DNA of 64,000 bases, from the NCBI GenBank assembly GCA_034680125.1, contig JAXITL010000001.1, positions 12,918 through 76,917 of the forward strand, written 5' to 3'. The stretch's first letter is position 1. The number at the start of each line of letters is the position of its first letter. Origin of the DNA: Chitinophagaceae bacterium. GTDB taxonomy: Bacteria > Bacteroidota > Bacteroidia > Chitinophagales > Chitinophagaceae. This document shows, in pieces, positions 1-9,835 of this stretch. The position numbers and the translations under genes are program-made. The notes under the pieces are model-generated. The model was not told the origin of the DNA and searched no databases. It worked only from the letters and a program-made list of their open reading frames with translations.

Positions 1-1882
1 CAAAGGCCTCTTTTTTGGTTAGTGCCGATGCTTCTAATTTTCGTCTTTGCTGTTCCGACTTCTTCATATAGTCACCCAACTTTTGCTGATGTTCATAGTG
101 TTTGACCAGACTTTTTAACAAAGACTTATTTCCTTTGAGATAAGCAGCATAATCATAAAGCATCTTCTGTTGGGCCACATAGGCCAAATCATAGAGATTT
201 CTTTGTTGCTCATACTGCATCAAAAACGGGGCATTACTGCGATTTCTACTTTTGTATTGTTCTATGTCTTTGAAGTTTTTATAAAAAAGAGACAGATAAT
301 GATCATAGCCATTACGAAGCGATTCATAATGCACTAAGATGCTATCATAATCTGCAAAATACCTTTTCTGCACTGAGTCTGCATTTTGTGTACGCGCCTC
401 TTTATAGATGGCCGACCATTTTTTTATTTCGTCATCATAATTATCGTGAAGGTTAATCCTACCAATTGTTTCTTGAATCAAGGCCGAATCTGCTAGAGAC
501 AAATAATGCACCAATGTGTCCAATCGCGTTTTATTCGCTTCTACCAGCTTATCCACCCCTTGCTGTTCCCTATTGAGCTCTGACTGCTTTAGATCCAACT
601 TTTCAATCCTTCTACTCACCGAATCGACAAGCGTCAACAGGCGTGGAGCAGTAGCCTTATCTTCGGGAGAGGCGGTTTTTACTGCATCAAATTTTTGAGG
701 ATTTGCCTTTTTATGGTCGGCAATAGCCTCTCCTGCCCTTTGCATCAACCTTCTATATTTACGGTCAGCGCCATTGATTTTACTGTTGCATTTAGTAATG
801 GCCTGTTTGTTATTGTTGTTTACACCAGAAATATAGGCCTTTGCCAAAGTGTTTTTCTTTTGGTTTTTCCTTTTCAATTCGCTGTATTCAACTGTAATGC
901 TTTCTTTTTGGAGAGCAACGTATTTTTCGGCCGATTTCAATTCTTGCTTTACCTTTTCAACCAGCGCATTTCTTTTGATGGGCGGAGCATTCTTATCTAA
1001 TTTTTTAAGGCTATCAATAGCCCTTGCTTGATGCTGCAATGCCATGCTAACATGGAATCGAGGATTATAGGCATAAGCCCTTTCGGCTTCTTCTATAATT
1101 TTAATATGCTCTTCGAGATTATAAAATCGATTCACCTCTTTGGTGTTGATACCTTGACGGCCATAAATTTCATTAAATTGGTTAATCTCTACTTCTCCAG
1201 ACTCAAATATGGCCAAAGGCATTAAGGAATCAGTCAGTTGCCAAATAGGGTCGTAGGGCAAATGTTTTATCCGAAAGGCTGCTGGCGGAGTCATAAAAAA
1301 ATTGGGGTCATACCTAAATTTAAATTTTAGTTTTCCAATCTGTTGGGCAGGATTGTTTTTGGCTTTTTTAATAGTCTTCTGTATTTTATTGGGGAACTGC
1401 CCGATCACCCCAGCTCCCCAAGTGGCATCCACCAAATGCCAATTATTGGCAATATATACTGCATTCCAAGCATGCCGGGGGGTGTATAATTTATCACTAT
1501 CATCAAACATCCAGTCGCGCCCATAACCGCTTACTGTCAATGCCCTTATGCCCACTTCTTCGCACATTCCAGCAAATAAGTCAGCATAACCATCACAAAG
1601 GGCCTTATTCTTTTTCAATACTTCCTTTATCGTTGGTCGTTTCAAGTCCCCTCGTTTAAAGGCTGCAACATCATATTTGATGTTATGGGTGATCCAATTA
1701 TAAATAGCATTGGCTTTTAAGTAATCACCCTCTAGCGCATCGCAGAGATAATGAGCCAATTTCTTCGCATCGGTACTGACGCTATTGGGTGCTTTGATAC
1801 CCACAGTAGTATCCACTTTTGCGGAGGCAGAATTGCAAAGTGCAAGCAATAGCAATGTGATAAGGTAGAGGTTTTTGAACAT
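1..1882 (-). CDS. Transglutaminase-like (Cys-His-Asp core) secreted protein or lipoprotein with a long K/Q/E-rich helical C-terminal region; partial, the 3' end runs off the left edge
   Basis: Absent from the supplied ORF track because there is no stop inside the window. Hand translation of the minus strand from the ATG at 1882..1880 gives MFKNLYLITLLLLALCNSASA (signal or lipobox-like), then KALCDGYADLFAGMCEEVGIRALTVSGYG and RHAWNAVYIANNWHLVDATWGAG. That is the Cys, His, Asp order of the transglutaminase core. The frame stays open to base 2 (about 627 codons). Confidence 0.75.
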   Translation of the reverse strand, partial: MFKNLYLITLLLLALCNSASAKVDTTVGIKAPNSVSTDAKKLAHYLCDALEGDYLKANAIYNWITHNIKYDVAAFKRGDLKRPTIKEVLKKNKALCDGYADLFAGMCEEVGIRALTVSGYGRDWMFDDSDKLYTPRHAWNAVYIANNWHLVDATWGAGVIGQFPNKIQKTIKKAKNNPAQQIGKLKFKFRYDPNFFMTPPAAFRIKHLPYDPIWQLTDSLMPLAIFESGEVEINQFNEIYGRQGINTKEVNRFYNLEEHIKIIEEAERAYAYNPRFHVSMALQHQARAIDSLKKLDKNAPPIKRNALVEKVKQELKSAEKYVALQKESITVEYSELKRKNQKKNTLAKAYISGVNNNNKQAITKCNSKINGADRKYRRLMQRAGEAIADHKKANPQKFDAVKTASPEDKATAPRLLTLVDSVSRRIEKLDLKQSELNREQQGVDKLVEANKTRLDTLVHYLSLADSALIQETIGRINLHDNYDDEIKKWSAIYKEARTQNADSVQKRYFADYDSILVHYESLRNGYDHYLSLFYKNFKDIEQYKSRNRSNAPFLMQYEQQRNLYDLAYVAQQKMLYDYAAYLKGNKSLLKSLVKHYEHQQKLGDYMKKSEQQRRKLEASALTKKEAF

Positions 1883-1975
1883 GGTTAAGGAAAAGTTTGG
1901 GCGAAAATTAGAGCATAAAGCATTCATTTCAAAGAAGCAGTAATTAATTAATTAATGAAAAGAAACTGATTTACA

Positions 1976-2014
1976 TAAAAAAACCACCCATCAGCTGCAA
2001 CTAATAGGTGGTTT
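1976..2014 (-). terminator. Putative rho-independent terminator downstream of the beta-helix gene
   Basis: AAACCACC (1981-1988) pairs with GGTGGTTT (2007-2014), and an A-run on the + strand gives a T-run on the minus transcript. The loop is about 18 nt, so the hairpin is only moderate. Confidence 0.4.
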
Positions 2015-2031
2015 CCAATAAAATAAATGAA

Positions 2032-3591
2032 TTATTCAATCATCATTTTCCCGCTTCCAATCACTCCATCTTCATTTTGGAGTTGGTAAAAATAGAGACC
2101 CGTTTGTAACTCTTTCCTGTCTATTAATACTTTGTTGCCTTTGATGTTATCAATGCTCAAAACCAATTGTCCCATTGTATTAAAAATGCCTAAATGATGG
2201 TTGTTATTTTGAGGATTTTCGAATGCTAAAGTGGCTGTGTTATTGAAGGGATTGGGGTAAAGTATGGTAATAGCTTGCTGATGTCGCTTCAACTCCTTAA
2301 CGCCTAAGGCTTTGTAGCAAGATGTATCAATGGGCATAAACTTAGCGAGACCGTAACTTGGGTCATCATAACCATCAAAAATCTTAGAAACTACAATAGC
2401 AGAATCGATGGTGCACCAATAGTTATTGGCAATATTTACATTTATTTTACCCTTATATTCTAAATCAAAAATCCAATTATTGCAAAATTTATTACAGGTA
2501 ATATTATTATTAATCTCCGTTGAATGAATACCTATAGAATCGTTCTCAATTGTATTGTATTTAACAATAATATTTTCTCGGATTTTTGAAATGCCAATTC
2601 TATTATTGCTAATTAAATTGCCAAAAATAAATGCCCTTGAAGAGTTTTCGGCATTAATCCCAATGTCGTTATGGGTAATTTCATTTCCTTCGAAGTAGTA
2701 GCCTGTTTGCCTTGTAAAAATCCCATCCTTACTATGATGAATTTTACAATTGATTAAAGAATCATAATTGCCACCTTTAAATCCAATATCGGTATTGTAT
2801 TCAAACACACAATTTTTAATGGTATTATTGTCACCAATATAACCAATTTTGTTATAGCCAATATGGCAATTTACAACCTTTAAATGATCCCTTACATTTA
2901 GGCCAATTTCGTAATTTGAATCTATTGTGGAGTTTTTGATATACCAATCTCTCTTTGTTGGATCAGGCTCCGAGCTGGATTGATTACTACCAACAATTCC
3001 TATTGAATTATGATGAACATACAACTGATTAAAATACAATCGTGTATTTGCAGAAACCAATAATATTCCATAATATTTATTGTAACCAAAATTTGTTGAG
3101 TCAATCCTAAGGCTACCACCAGGATGACTGTACATGACTTCTCCTATACCGATTTCGTTTTTTTCAAAAGAACATCTATTAATAAAGATAGTAGCCAAAG
3201 AACCAATTTGGATGCCCTTTTGGGCATACTTAAAGTTGCAATATTTGAGTTTTGAATCTAGGGCTCCATTCAAAAAATAAATATGAGCCCAACTACCTTC
3301 AGTAGGCGTTGTTGCGTTACTGGTAAAGGTTATTGAATCAATAGCGCTTCCTTCTGCAATTAGTGATCCTTCACGAATTTCAAGAGCTTTATTATTATTG
3401 AACCTTACGCTTACCCCTGGTTCAATCGTTAACACAACTCCCGGAAAAACAAAGATCGTATCGGTTACAATATAGGGGCTAGAAGCTTTGGTCCAAGTAG
3501 TGTTCACGTAAATACCACCGCTCACGTATGTTTGAGCACTTACTTCTAAGATACTCAACACTAAGGCCATAATGAATACTGTTTTTTTCAT
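2032..3591 (-). CDS. Secreted right-handed parallel beta-helix repeat protein with a T9SS C-terminal sorting domain
   Basis: The likely start is the internal MKKTVFIMALVLSILEVSAQ signal peptide (ATG at 3591). Repeated NxIG(I) beta-helix turns are present (NEIGIG, NSIGIVG, NKIGYIG, HNDIGINA, NNRIGIS, NDSIGIH). The C-terminus YPNPFNNTATLAF...GLYFYQLQNEDGVIGSGKMMIE matches the T9SS type-A CTD pattern. Confidence 0.8.
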   Translation of the reverse strand: MKKTVFIMALVLSILEVSAQTYVSGGIYVNTTWTKASSPYIVTDTIFVFPGVVLTIEPGVSVRFNNNKALEIREGSLIAEGSAIDSITFTSNATTPTEGSWAHIYFLNGALDSKLKYCNFKYAQKGIQIGSLATIFINRCSFEKNEIGIGEVMYSHPGGSLRIDSTNFGYNKYYGILLVSANTRLYFNQLYVHHNSIGIVGSNQSSSEPDPTKRDWYIKNSTIDSNYEIGLNVRDHLKVVNCHIGYNKIGYIGDNNTIKNCVFEYNTDIGFKGGNYDSLINCKIHHSKDGIFTRQTGYYFEGNEITHNDIGINAENSSRAFIFGNLISNNRIGISKIRENIIVKYNTIENDSIGIHSTEINNNITCNKFCNNWIFDLEYKGKINVNIANNYWCTIDSAIVVSKIFDGYDDPSYGLAKFMPIDTSCYKALGVKELKRHQQAITILYPNPFNNTATLAFENPQNNNHHLGIFNTMGQLVLSIDNIKGNKVLIDRKELQTGLYFYQLQNEDGVIGSGKMMIE

Positions 3592-3665
3592 AAAATTGAA
3601 TTTTAGGGTCGTCATGGGATTATTAAATATACAATAAGAATTGCAAACTCAAAATCGCACATTCG

Positions 3666-3707
3666 AAAAAAACCACCCAACTGACACATCAAATGGGTGG
3701 TTTTTTT
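3666..3707. terminator. Bidirectional rho-independent terminator (downstream of gyrA)
   Basis: AAAAAAACCACCCA (3666-3679) pairs with TGGGTGGTTTTTTT (3694-3707). A- and T-runs flank the stem. Confidence 0.7.
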
Positions 3708-3725
3708 ACATGAAATTACACTTAA

Positions 3726-6443
3726 CTATTCTTCAGTTGGAGCTTCCTCTTCGCTAGCTTCTGTTGTTTCTGTTCCTTCAGGAGCAATGAATCCACTATC
3801 TCCCTCTCCTTCGGGGAGGGCTGGGGAGGGGTCAATTGGCTCTCCATTTTCATCCAATTCTACTTCTTCTTCTTGCTCGTCGATACTGGCCAATGCGGCT
3901 ATTTCGTCGTTGTTGTCCAAGTTAATGAGTTTCACCCCTTGTGTGGCTCTACCCGCTTCGCGGATATTGCGCACTTTCATGCGGATGGTCATTCCCGATT
4001 TACAGGTGATCATCAAATCATCTTTTTCTTCAACCGCCAACAAACCAACTAAGGAACCCGTTTTCTCCGTAATATTTATGGTTTTAACGCCTTTACCACC
4101 ACGGTTGGTTACGCGATAAGCCAATTGGAATTGCTCTTCACCACCTTCTGCGTTTTTAATCATTACGGTGTTGGACATGTCGTCGGTATTCGTTCCCTCT
4201 TCCAATTTTTCGAGGAATGGAGTACGTTTACCCAGGCCTTTTTCAGATACCACAAGGATTTGTTTACCGGTATCAAATTTGTTGACACAAACCATACCAA
4301 TCACATAATCTTTGCCATCGGCCATATCAATACCATACACCCCTATCGCACCGCGACCTGTTGGGCGAACTTTCTCTTCAGGGAAGCAAATGGCACGACC
4401 GCTATTCACGGCCATCATAATATAGCTGTTACCATCAGTGAGGCGCGCTTCTAACAATTGGTCGTCTTCGCGAATGGTAATCGCATTCACACCATTGCTA
4501 CGTGGGCGGGAGAAATCTTCCAGAGATGTTTTCTTGATAATACCTTCTTTGGTACACAATACAATAAAGTGCTTGCTGGTGTATTCTTCTTTTTCCAAAT
4601 CAGGTACATTCAAAATCGTACGGATTTTATCATCCGGTGGCAATTGAATAAGGTTTTGAATCGCACGTCCTTTAGCATTTTTATCCGTTTCAGGGATTTT
4701 ATACACACGCAACCAGAAGCATCTTCCTTTTTCGGTAAAGATGAGCAAGGTATGATGCGTTGAGGCAATAAATAAATGCTCGATAAAATCTTCTTCGCGG
4801 GTTTTGCCACCACGTGCACCACGGCCACCACGGCGTTGGGCACGGTATTCGGCTTGACTGGTGCGTTTGATATAACCCAAATGAGAAATGGTAATCACCA
4901 CATCTTCATCCGCAATCATATCCAACATATCCATTTCGCTCGCACCATAATCAATTTCTGATTTACGCTCGTCGCCAAATTTCTTTTTCACCTCTGCCAA
5001 TTCATCTTTGATAATTTGGAAACGACGACCTTCATTGGCCAGAATGTCTTTCAAATCACCAATGGTTTTCATGATTTCGGCAAACTCTTCACGCACCTTT
5101 TCGATTTGCATACCAGTAAGGCTTTGCAAACGCAATTCCAATACCGCTCTTGCTTGAATCTCGCTCATGGCAAAGTTCTCCATCAAGCCGGTACGGGCTA
5201 TTTCTGGCGTATTACTTTCGCGAATCAATTTGATTACTGCATCCAAATTATTCAAGGCAATGATATAGCCTTCTAAAATATGGGCACGTTTTTCTGCTTC
5301 GCGTAGTTCGAACTCGGTACGACGTACTACTACTTCGTGACGGAAACGGATGAACTCAACAATCAGTTCTTTAAGATTCAATGTTTTGGGGCGACCACCA
5401 ACTAAGGCTACGTTGTTGATACCATAAGAAGTTTGCAATTCGCTGTATTTGTACAGCATATTGATCACCACTTGCGCTACAGCATCTTTACGAATTTCAA
5501 CCACAAGACGTGTACCTTCTTTGTTGGATTCGTTGGCAACGTGGGTTACCCCTTCGATGATTTTATTGTTTACTAAATGTCCGATTTTCTCAGCAAGGGC
5601 ATCACGGTTTACTTGGTAAGGCACTTCGGTAATCACGATTTGTTCTTTACCGTTTTTCAGTGTTTCAACATTTACCTTTCCCCGCAATACTACACGACCA
5701 CGGCCTGTATGAAAACCTGCTTTAATGCCATCGATACCGTAAATGATACCACCGGTTGGGAAATCAGGAGCCTTAACGTGCTTCATGAGCTCGTCAATCG
5801 TGATGTCATTATCATCGATGTAGGCAACACAACCATCAATAACTTCACTAAGGTTATGCGGCATCATATTGGTAGCCATACCTACAGCGATACCCGAAGA
5901 ACCATTGACCAAAAGTGTAGGAACACGTGTGGGCATAACGGTTGGTTCTTTCAAAGAATCGTCAAAGTTCAATGAAAAATCTACGGTGTCTTTTTCCAAA
6001 TCATCGAGCATACTTTCGGCTAGTTTTTGCAAACGAGCTTCGGTATAACGCATAGCGGCCGGACCATCACCATCTTGCGAGCCAAAGTTACCTTGGCCAT
6101 CTACCATCAGGTAGCGCATGCTCCAGGGTTGTGCCATACGCACCATGGCGTCATAAACTGATGTATCTCCGTGAGGGTGATATTTACCCAAAACCTCACC
6201 CACAATACGGGCAGATTTTTTATATGGTTTGTTGCTGTTGTTGCCTAATTCGTGCATCGCAAATAATACGCGACGATGTACAGGCTTCAGACCATCACGT
6301 GCATCGGGCAAGGCGCGACCCACGATTACCGACATCGAATAATCGATATAGGCGGTCTTCATTTGTTCTTCGATATTGACGGGTTGAATCCGTAATTTTT
6401 CAGGTTGTTGGTATTCGTTATTGTCTGTTGTATTTTCTGACAT
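3726..6443 (-). CDS. gyrA: DNA gyrase subunit A
   Basis: 905 aa. The N-terminus [31 protein letters not shown], the catalytic-Tyr region [10 protein letters not shown] and the GyrA box QRRGGRG are all present. The C-terminal tail is acidic. Confidence 0.97.
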   Translation of the reverse strand: MSENTTDNNEYQQPEKLRIQPVNIEEQMKTAYIDYSMSVIVGRALPDARDGLKPVHRRVLFAMHELGNNSNKPYKKSARIVGEVLGKYHPHGDTSVYDAMVRMAQPWSMRYLMVDGQGNFGSQDGDGPAAMRYTEARLQKLAESMLDDLEKDTVDFSLNFDDSLKEPTVMPTRVPTLLVNGSSGIAVGMATNMMPHNLSEVIDGCVAYIDDNDITIDELMKHVKAPDFPTGGIIYGIDGIKAGFHTGRGRVVLRGKVNVETLKNGKEQIVITEVPYQVNRDALAEKIGHLVNNKIIEGVTHVANESNKEGTRLVVEIRKDAVAQVVINMLYKYSELQTSYGINNVALVGGRPKTLNLKELIVEFIRFRHEVVVRRTEFELREAEKRAHILEGYIIALNNLDAVIKLIRESNTPEIARTGLMENFAMSEIQARAVLELRLQSLTGMQIEKVREEFAEIMKTIGDLKDILANEGRRFQIIKDELAEVKKKFGDERKSEIDYGASEMDMLDMIADEDVVITISHLGYIKRTSQAEYRAQRRGGRGARGGKTREEDFIEHLFIASTHHTLLIFTEKGRCFWLRVYKIPETDKNAKGRAIQNLIQLPPDDKIRTILNVPDLEKEEYTSKHFIVLCTKEGIIKKTSLEDFSRPRSNGVNAITIREDDQLLEARLTDGNSYIMMAVNSGRAICFPEEKVRPTGRGAIGVYGIDMADGKDYVIGMVCVNKFDTGKQILVVSEKGLGKRTPFLEKLEEGTNTDDMSNTVMIKNAEGGEEQFQLAYRVTNRGGKGVKTINITEKTGSLVGLLAVEEKDDLMITCKSGMTIRMKVRNIREAGRATQGVKLINLDNNDEIAALASIDEQEEEVELDENGEPIDPSPALPEGEGDSGFIAPEGTETTEASEEEAPTEE

Positions 6444-6477
6444 AATGCTCGACGCTTGAACTTAAATTTAAGTAGCG

Positions 6478-6485
6478 CAAATATA
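6478..6485 (-). promoter_or_regulatory. Candidate Bacteroidota -7 promoter box for gyrA
   Basis: The minus strand reads TATATTTG (TAnnTTTG consensus) about 35 nt upstream of the gyrA ATG. No clear -33 TTG is present. Confidence 0.35.
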
Positions 6486-6572
6486 GCGTTTTCGAGGGGC
6501 TTTTCCACAGCTTTTTTATCCTTTTTTGTGGATAAAAAAAACAAGTTTAATAGGGAAATATCGTTCATAAAA

Positions 6573-6626
6573 AATGTTCAATGACCTCCGAATAGCAAAT
6601 AGCCTATCCAAAAATCATTGAACATT
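6573..6626 (-). terminator. Long-loop hairpin downstream of ssb (possible terminator)
   Basis: A perfect 12-bp inverted repeat: AATGTTCAATGA (6573-6584) and TCATTGAACATT (6615-6626). The loop is 30 nt and a T-run follows on the minus strand. Confidence 0.4.
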
Positions 6627-6642
6627 GAAAAAGAAAGCGAGT

Positions 6643-6999
6643 CTAGTGGCTGGCCTCTTTTTTATCCATCAGTAAAATATTGTGTAGTTGCACTTCGGTA
6701 ACATACTTTTTCACGCCGTCTTTGTCGGCATAATTGCGGTGAATCAATTTTCCCTCTACAACTACCTCGCTACCCTTTTGGAGGATTTTTTCGGCTACTT
6801 CTGCCACTTTACCCCAAGCAATCACATTATGCCATTGGGTTTCGGTTACATACTCGCCTTGAGCGTTTTTATAGGTCTCATTGGTAGCGATACTCATCCG
6901 GGCCATTTTATTGCCGTTATCGAGGTTTTTAACCTCTGGTGCTTGGCCGAGGTGCCCGATCAATTGTACTCGGTTTTTCATCATGCTTGCATTCATCAT
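6643..6999 (-). CDS. ssb: Single-stranded DNA-binding protein (short form, no acidic tail)
   Basis: OB-fold signature MMNASMMKNRVQLIGHLGQAPEVK...TQWHNVIAWGKVAE. The 176-aa ORF in the track is over-extended. The likely start is one of the ATGs at 6999, 6996, 6984 or 6981. Confidence 0.85.
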   Translation of the reverse strand: MMNASMMKNRVQLIGHLGQAPEVKNLDNGNKMARMSIATNETYKNAQGEYVTETQWHNVIAWGKVAEVAEKILQKGSEVVVEGKLIHRNYADKDGVKKYVTEVQLHNILLMDKKEASH

Positions 7000-7164
7000 C
7001 TTGTTTACATTTAAATTGTTAGAAAAAAAGTTTGTGGTTTGGCGATATTGCCGATGCAAAGATGCGATGGGCTGAAAGGGATACTCGGTATTTAAGCATT
7101 TAACTACGGATGTAAGTGTTTGTAAGCGTTTGTTTTCGGATAATAAATGGTGTACATTTACCCT

Positions 7165-7527
7165 ATGGAGCAAAATGAACGACTATGCCTCTGTTGCCAA
7201 AAAGCGCTGAAAGGCAGGATAGACAAGAAATTCTGCGACGATAATTGCAGAAACAATTATAATAATGTACAAAATAGCGACCGCAATAATTATGTGCGCA
7301 GCATTAACACTATTCTTCGAAAAAACAGAAGAATTTTAGAAGAACTATTGCCCGAAGGCGAGCGAACTATGAATGTTCCCAAGCAAAAACTACGGGACAA
7401 AGCCTATGATTTCAATTATTACACCAATCAATTACAAACCCAGAAAGGCTTGTATGTATTTTGCTATGAATATGGTTTTTTACCGCTCGAAAACGATTGG
7501 CTGTTGCTGGTAAAGAAAAAAGAATAA
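7165..7527 (+). CDS. Hypothetical Cys-rich (zinc-ribbon-like) protein
   Basis: MEQNERLCLCCQKALKGRIDKKFCDDNCRNNY supplies CxCC...CxxxC ligand candidates. The ATG at 7165 follows a TACATTTA near-consensus -7 box; the alternative ATG is at 7147. Confidence 0.5.
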   Translation: MEQNERLCLCCQKALKGRIDKKFCDDNCRNNYNNVQNSDRNNYVRSINTILRKNRRILEELLPEGERTMNVPKQKLRDKAYDFNYYTNQLQTQKGLYVFCYEYGFLPLENDWLLLVKKKE

Positions 7528-7532
7528 AAAAA

Positions 7533-7557
7533 AGTCTCAACCGAACAAGTTGAGACT
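7533..7557. terminator. Bidirectional rho-independent terminator
   Basis: AGTCTCAAC (7533-7541) pairs with GTTGAGACT (7549-7557), with A8 upstream and T9 downstream. It lies between convergent genes. Confidence 0.75.
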
Positions 7558-7581
7558 TTTTTTATTGTAAGTGTAGCGATC

Positions 7582-9015
7582 TTATAAAAATAAAGAAATA
7601 ATAAAATAAACGAAAGCGGCCATTAATGCACTTACAGGAATGGTCAATATCCAAGCCCAAAGTAGGTTGATCGTAACACCCCAACGTACAGCCGATAAAC
7701 GTTTTGTTGCTCCTACTCCAATAATAGAGCCCGTAATCGTATGGGTTGTACTAACCGGAATCTTGAGCATTTCGGTAATAAACAAGGTTAAAGCACCAGC
7801 TGTTTCGGCAGCTACCCCTTCAAAAGGTGTAACTTTTGTAATGCGCGAACCCATTGTTTTGATGATTTTCCAACCACCACTCATTGTACCCAATGCAATT
7901 ACCGTATAGCAAGAAAGCGGAACCCAATTGGGCATTTGGTCGAAACTAGTAATTTGATTGCCAGCGATCAAAGCCACCGTGATGATACCCATTACTTTTT
8001 GCGAATCATTACCACCATGCCCAATACTAAAGGCCGCTGAAGAAATCAACTGCATGCGCTTAAACCAACGCTCGCTTTGAGCGTAATTGAGCATATTGAG
8101 GAACAGGGTAAACAAAGCAATTGAAATGATAATAAAACCAATCAACAACCATTTTACATTCTCGCCATAGGTGATGTAATTGAGTGTATTGTTTTCGAAT
8201 CGGGGTTGATAAGTTGTCCTTATCTCTTTAGGTTCATTCTTACGGATAACAGAAAAGCTAATAGAATCGCCAAAACGGTGCTTGGCCAAAACTTTATTCA
8301 ATTCTTTTTTATCGGAAATGCTTTGACCATCAACCGCCAATAAAAGATCTTCCTTTTTCAAGCCCATCATTTTGGCTGGCGTTTTATTGGGAACATCCTT
8401 TATTTCAATTCCTTTGTCACTTTGCTCAATCTTTTTGAAACCCAAGATTTTGGTCATCTTGGTTTCATAGGAGTTGTACACAAAATAAACGGTACCAGCA
8501 ATGATTAATAAGGAAACAATTTTGGGTACAATGCTTTTTCGAAAAGAGTTAAGAAACCACAAAGAAATGATGAAGGCCACCAGCATACCCACCAAAGGGG
8601 CTAGTATAATAAAGCTTGCAATCTTGGCAATAGTACCCATTTCAATAGCGCCAAATCCAGCATGAGCAATAGCCGCACCAGCAAAACCACCAATTAGCGT
8701 GTGTGAAGAGCTAGAAGGAATACCATACCACCAAGTTAAAAGATTCCAACCGATAGCCGCGATAAGACCAGCCAAAATCACCGGAAGGGTAATGTCTATT
8801 TCGTGAACAGTTTTGGCAATCGTATTGGCCACACCATGGTCTTTAAAAATAAAGAAGGCCACAAAATTAAAAAATGCTGCCCAAGCAACAGCTTGGAAGG
8901 GCGATAATACCTTAGTGGACACCACGGTAGCAATAGAGTTTGCTGCATCGTGAAAACCATTGATATAATCGAAAACAAGCGCAAGAAAAATGATGACTAT
9001 AAGTAATGTCGTCAT
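7582..9015 (-). CDS. PiT-family inorganic phosphate transporter with a PDZ-like domain in the central loop
   Basis: PHO4/PiT signatures occur in both halves (DYINGFHDAANSIAT and SIGHGGNDSQKVMG) with multiple TM segments. Residues about 190-270 (GIEIKDVPNKTPAKMMGLKKEDLLLAVDGQSISDKKELNKVLAKHRFGDSISFSVIRKNEPKEI) read like a PDZ domain. Confidence 0.9.
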   Translation of the reverse strand: MTTLLIVIIFLALVFDYINGFHDAANSIATVVSTKVLSPFQAVAWAAFFNFVAFFIFKDHGVANTIAKTVHEIDITLPVILAGLIAAIGWNLLTWWYGIPSSSSHTLIGGFAGAAIAHAGFGAIEMGTIAKIASFIILAPLVGMLVAFIISLWFLNSFRKSIVPKIVSLLIIAGTVYFVYNSYETKMTKILGFKKIEQSDKGIEIKDVPNKTPAKMMGLKKEDLLLAVDGQSISDKKELNKVLAKHRFGDSISFSVIRKNEPKEIRTTYQPRFENNTLNYITYGENVKWLLIGFIIISIALFTLFLNMLNYAQSERWFKRMQLISSAAFSIGHGGNDSQKVMGIITVALIAGNQITSFDQMPNWVPLSCYTVIALGTMSGGWKIIKTMGSRITKVTPFEGVAAETAGALTLFITEMLKIPVSTTHTITGSIIGVGATKRLSAVRWGVTINLLWAWILTIPVSALMAAFVYFIISLFL

Positions 9016-9063
9016 GAGTTTTTTTTAAAATAATGAAAAGAAATCAAAGAGGAAGGAAAATGA

Positions 9064-9711
9064 TTAAGAGTATTTAATAATAATCGACTCTATAACATTT
9101 GCGGCATCCTCGCATTTGTCGGTTACAATTTCCATGTCCTGATACAATTCTTTTCTTTTAATCAACTCAATGGCATTGGTTTCTAATAAAAACAATTGCT
9201 TTAAGGCAGCATCTAAAATGTCATCAGCCTCATTTTCAAAACTATTCACTTTGACACAAGCATCCGTAATCGATTTCAAATCTTTCATATTGCGTAAACC
9301 CTTCAATGCTACTTGCAAAGAGCCAACCGAATTATTGATCACATCTGAAAAAGCACGCATGGTATCGTTTACATCTTCGATGTTATAACTCACGATGCTC
9401 TTCGCTGATGCCCAAATATAATCAGCAACATCATCGAGTGAAGTAGCTAAATAATGGATATCCTCACGATCAAATGGTGTGATGAAATTTTGACCCAATT
9501 CTATAAATAATCGATGGGTTGCATCGTCATTTTTATGTTCAAAATCTTCGAGTGTGCTTAACATTTGCGCACGCTTTTTGTCATCAGCCTCATACATGGC
9601 ATCTCTAAATACTTGACTCATGGCCGTTAGATTGTCGGCTACTTCTTCAAATAAACTATAGAAAACCCTGTCTTTGGGGGTGAACAATTTGACAAATGAA
9701 TTTAAACCCAT
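9064..9711 (-). CDS. DUF47 / PhoU-like phosphate transport accessory protein
   Basis: 215 aa and helical, with N-terminus FTPKDRVFYSLFEEVADNL. It sits immediately upstream of the PiT gene, which is the classic DUF47-Pit pairing. Confidence 0.8.
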   Translation of the reverse strand: MGLNSFVKLFTPKDRVFYSLFEEVADNLTAMSQVFRDAMYEADDKKRAQMLSTLEDFEHKNDDATHRLFIELGQNFITPFDREDIHYLATSLDDVADYIWASAKSIVSYNIEDVNDTMRAFSDVINNSVGSLQVALKGLRNMKDLKSITDACVKVNSFENEADDILDAALKQLFLLETNAIELIKRKELYQDMEIVTDKCEDAANVIESIIIKYS

Positions 9712-9835
9712 GATTGTTTGTTTTTTTTATATTGTTTTTGAATTTGTGTGCAAAATTAATTCTTTTTAAGCCCATGCCTAATAATCCTAGCTAAATTAAT
9801 AATTACATAACCTTAGCGAGGCTTTATATTAAGGA

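Noticed and set aside
2032-3591. Periodic repeats in the beta-helix gene, and likewise in the SBBP gene at 29617..31974, were considered as tandem DNA repeats or a CRISPR-like array.
   Set aside because: The periodicity is at the protein-motif level within a continuous ORF. The units are diverged at the DNA level, and there is no repeat-spacer structure.
1976-3707. Two similar hairpins (A-run + ACCACCCA ... GGTGGT + T-run) flank the low-GC-looking beta-helix T9SS gene. They could suggest insertion boundaries.
   Set aside because: The similarity is limited to the short stem and the A/T runs typical of intrinsic terminators. There are no direct repeats, integrase or tRNA target.
3726-3900. An acidic, Pro/Glu-rich C-terminal tail on GyrA, with locally elevated GC.
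   Set aside because: Acidic GyrA tails are a known variable feature. There is no frame break or foreign-insert signature.
3697-6379. A series of plus-strand ORFs (for example 3697..4119, 4125..4454, 5577..5975, 6131..6379) opposite gyrA.
   Set aside because: They lie entirely antisense to a full-length, motif-complete gyrA. Their translations are low-complexity or hydrophobic with no recognisable motifs. They are typical shadow ORFs.
6501-6535. DnaA-box-like 9-mers between ssb and gyrA: TTTTCCACA (6501..6509) and a perfect TTATCCACA on the minus strand (6527..6535). These raised the possibility of a replication origin.
   Set aside because: There are only two good boxes, with no box cluster and no AT-rich unwinding repeats. 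With equal base frequencies a perfect 9-mer is expected about 0.5 times by chance in 64 kb on both strands. At most this is a DnaA-responsive promoter element. A Z-curve or GC-skew analysis of the whole genome would settle it.
6643-7173. N-terminally extended ORF-track models: ssb 176 aa, PPIase 677 aa, PolX 574 aa, aminotransferase 412 aa, anmK 374 aa, ATL 130 aa, the lipoprotein 205 aa and the porin 419 aa.
   Set aside because: In each case an internal start gives a canonical N-terminus or signal peptide. It also avoids overlap with a terminator, promoter box or neighbouring gene, so the shorter models were used.
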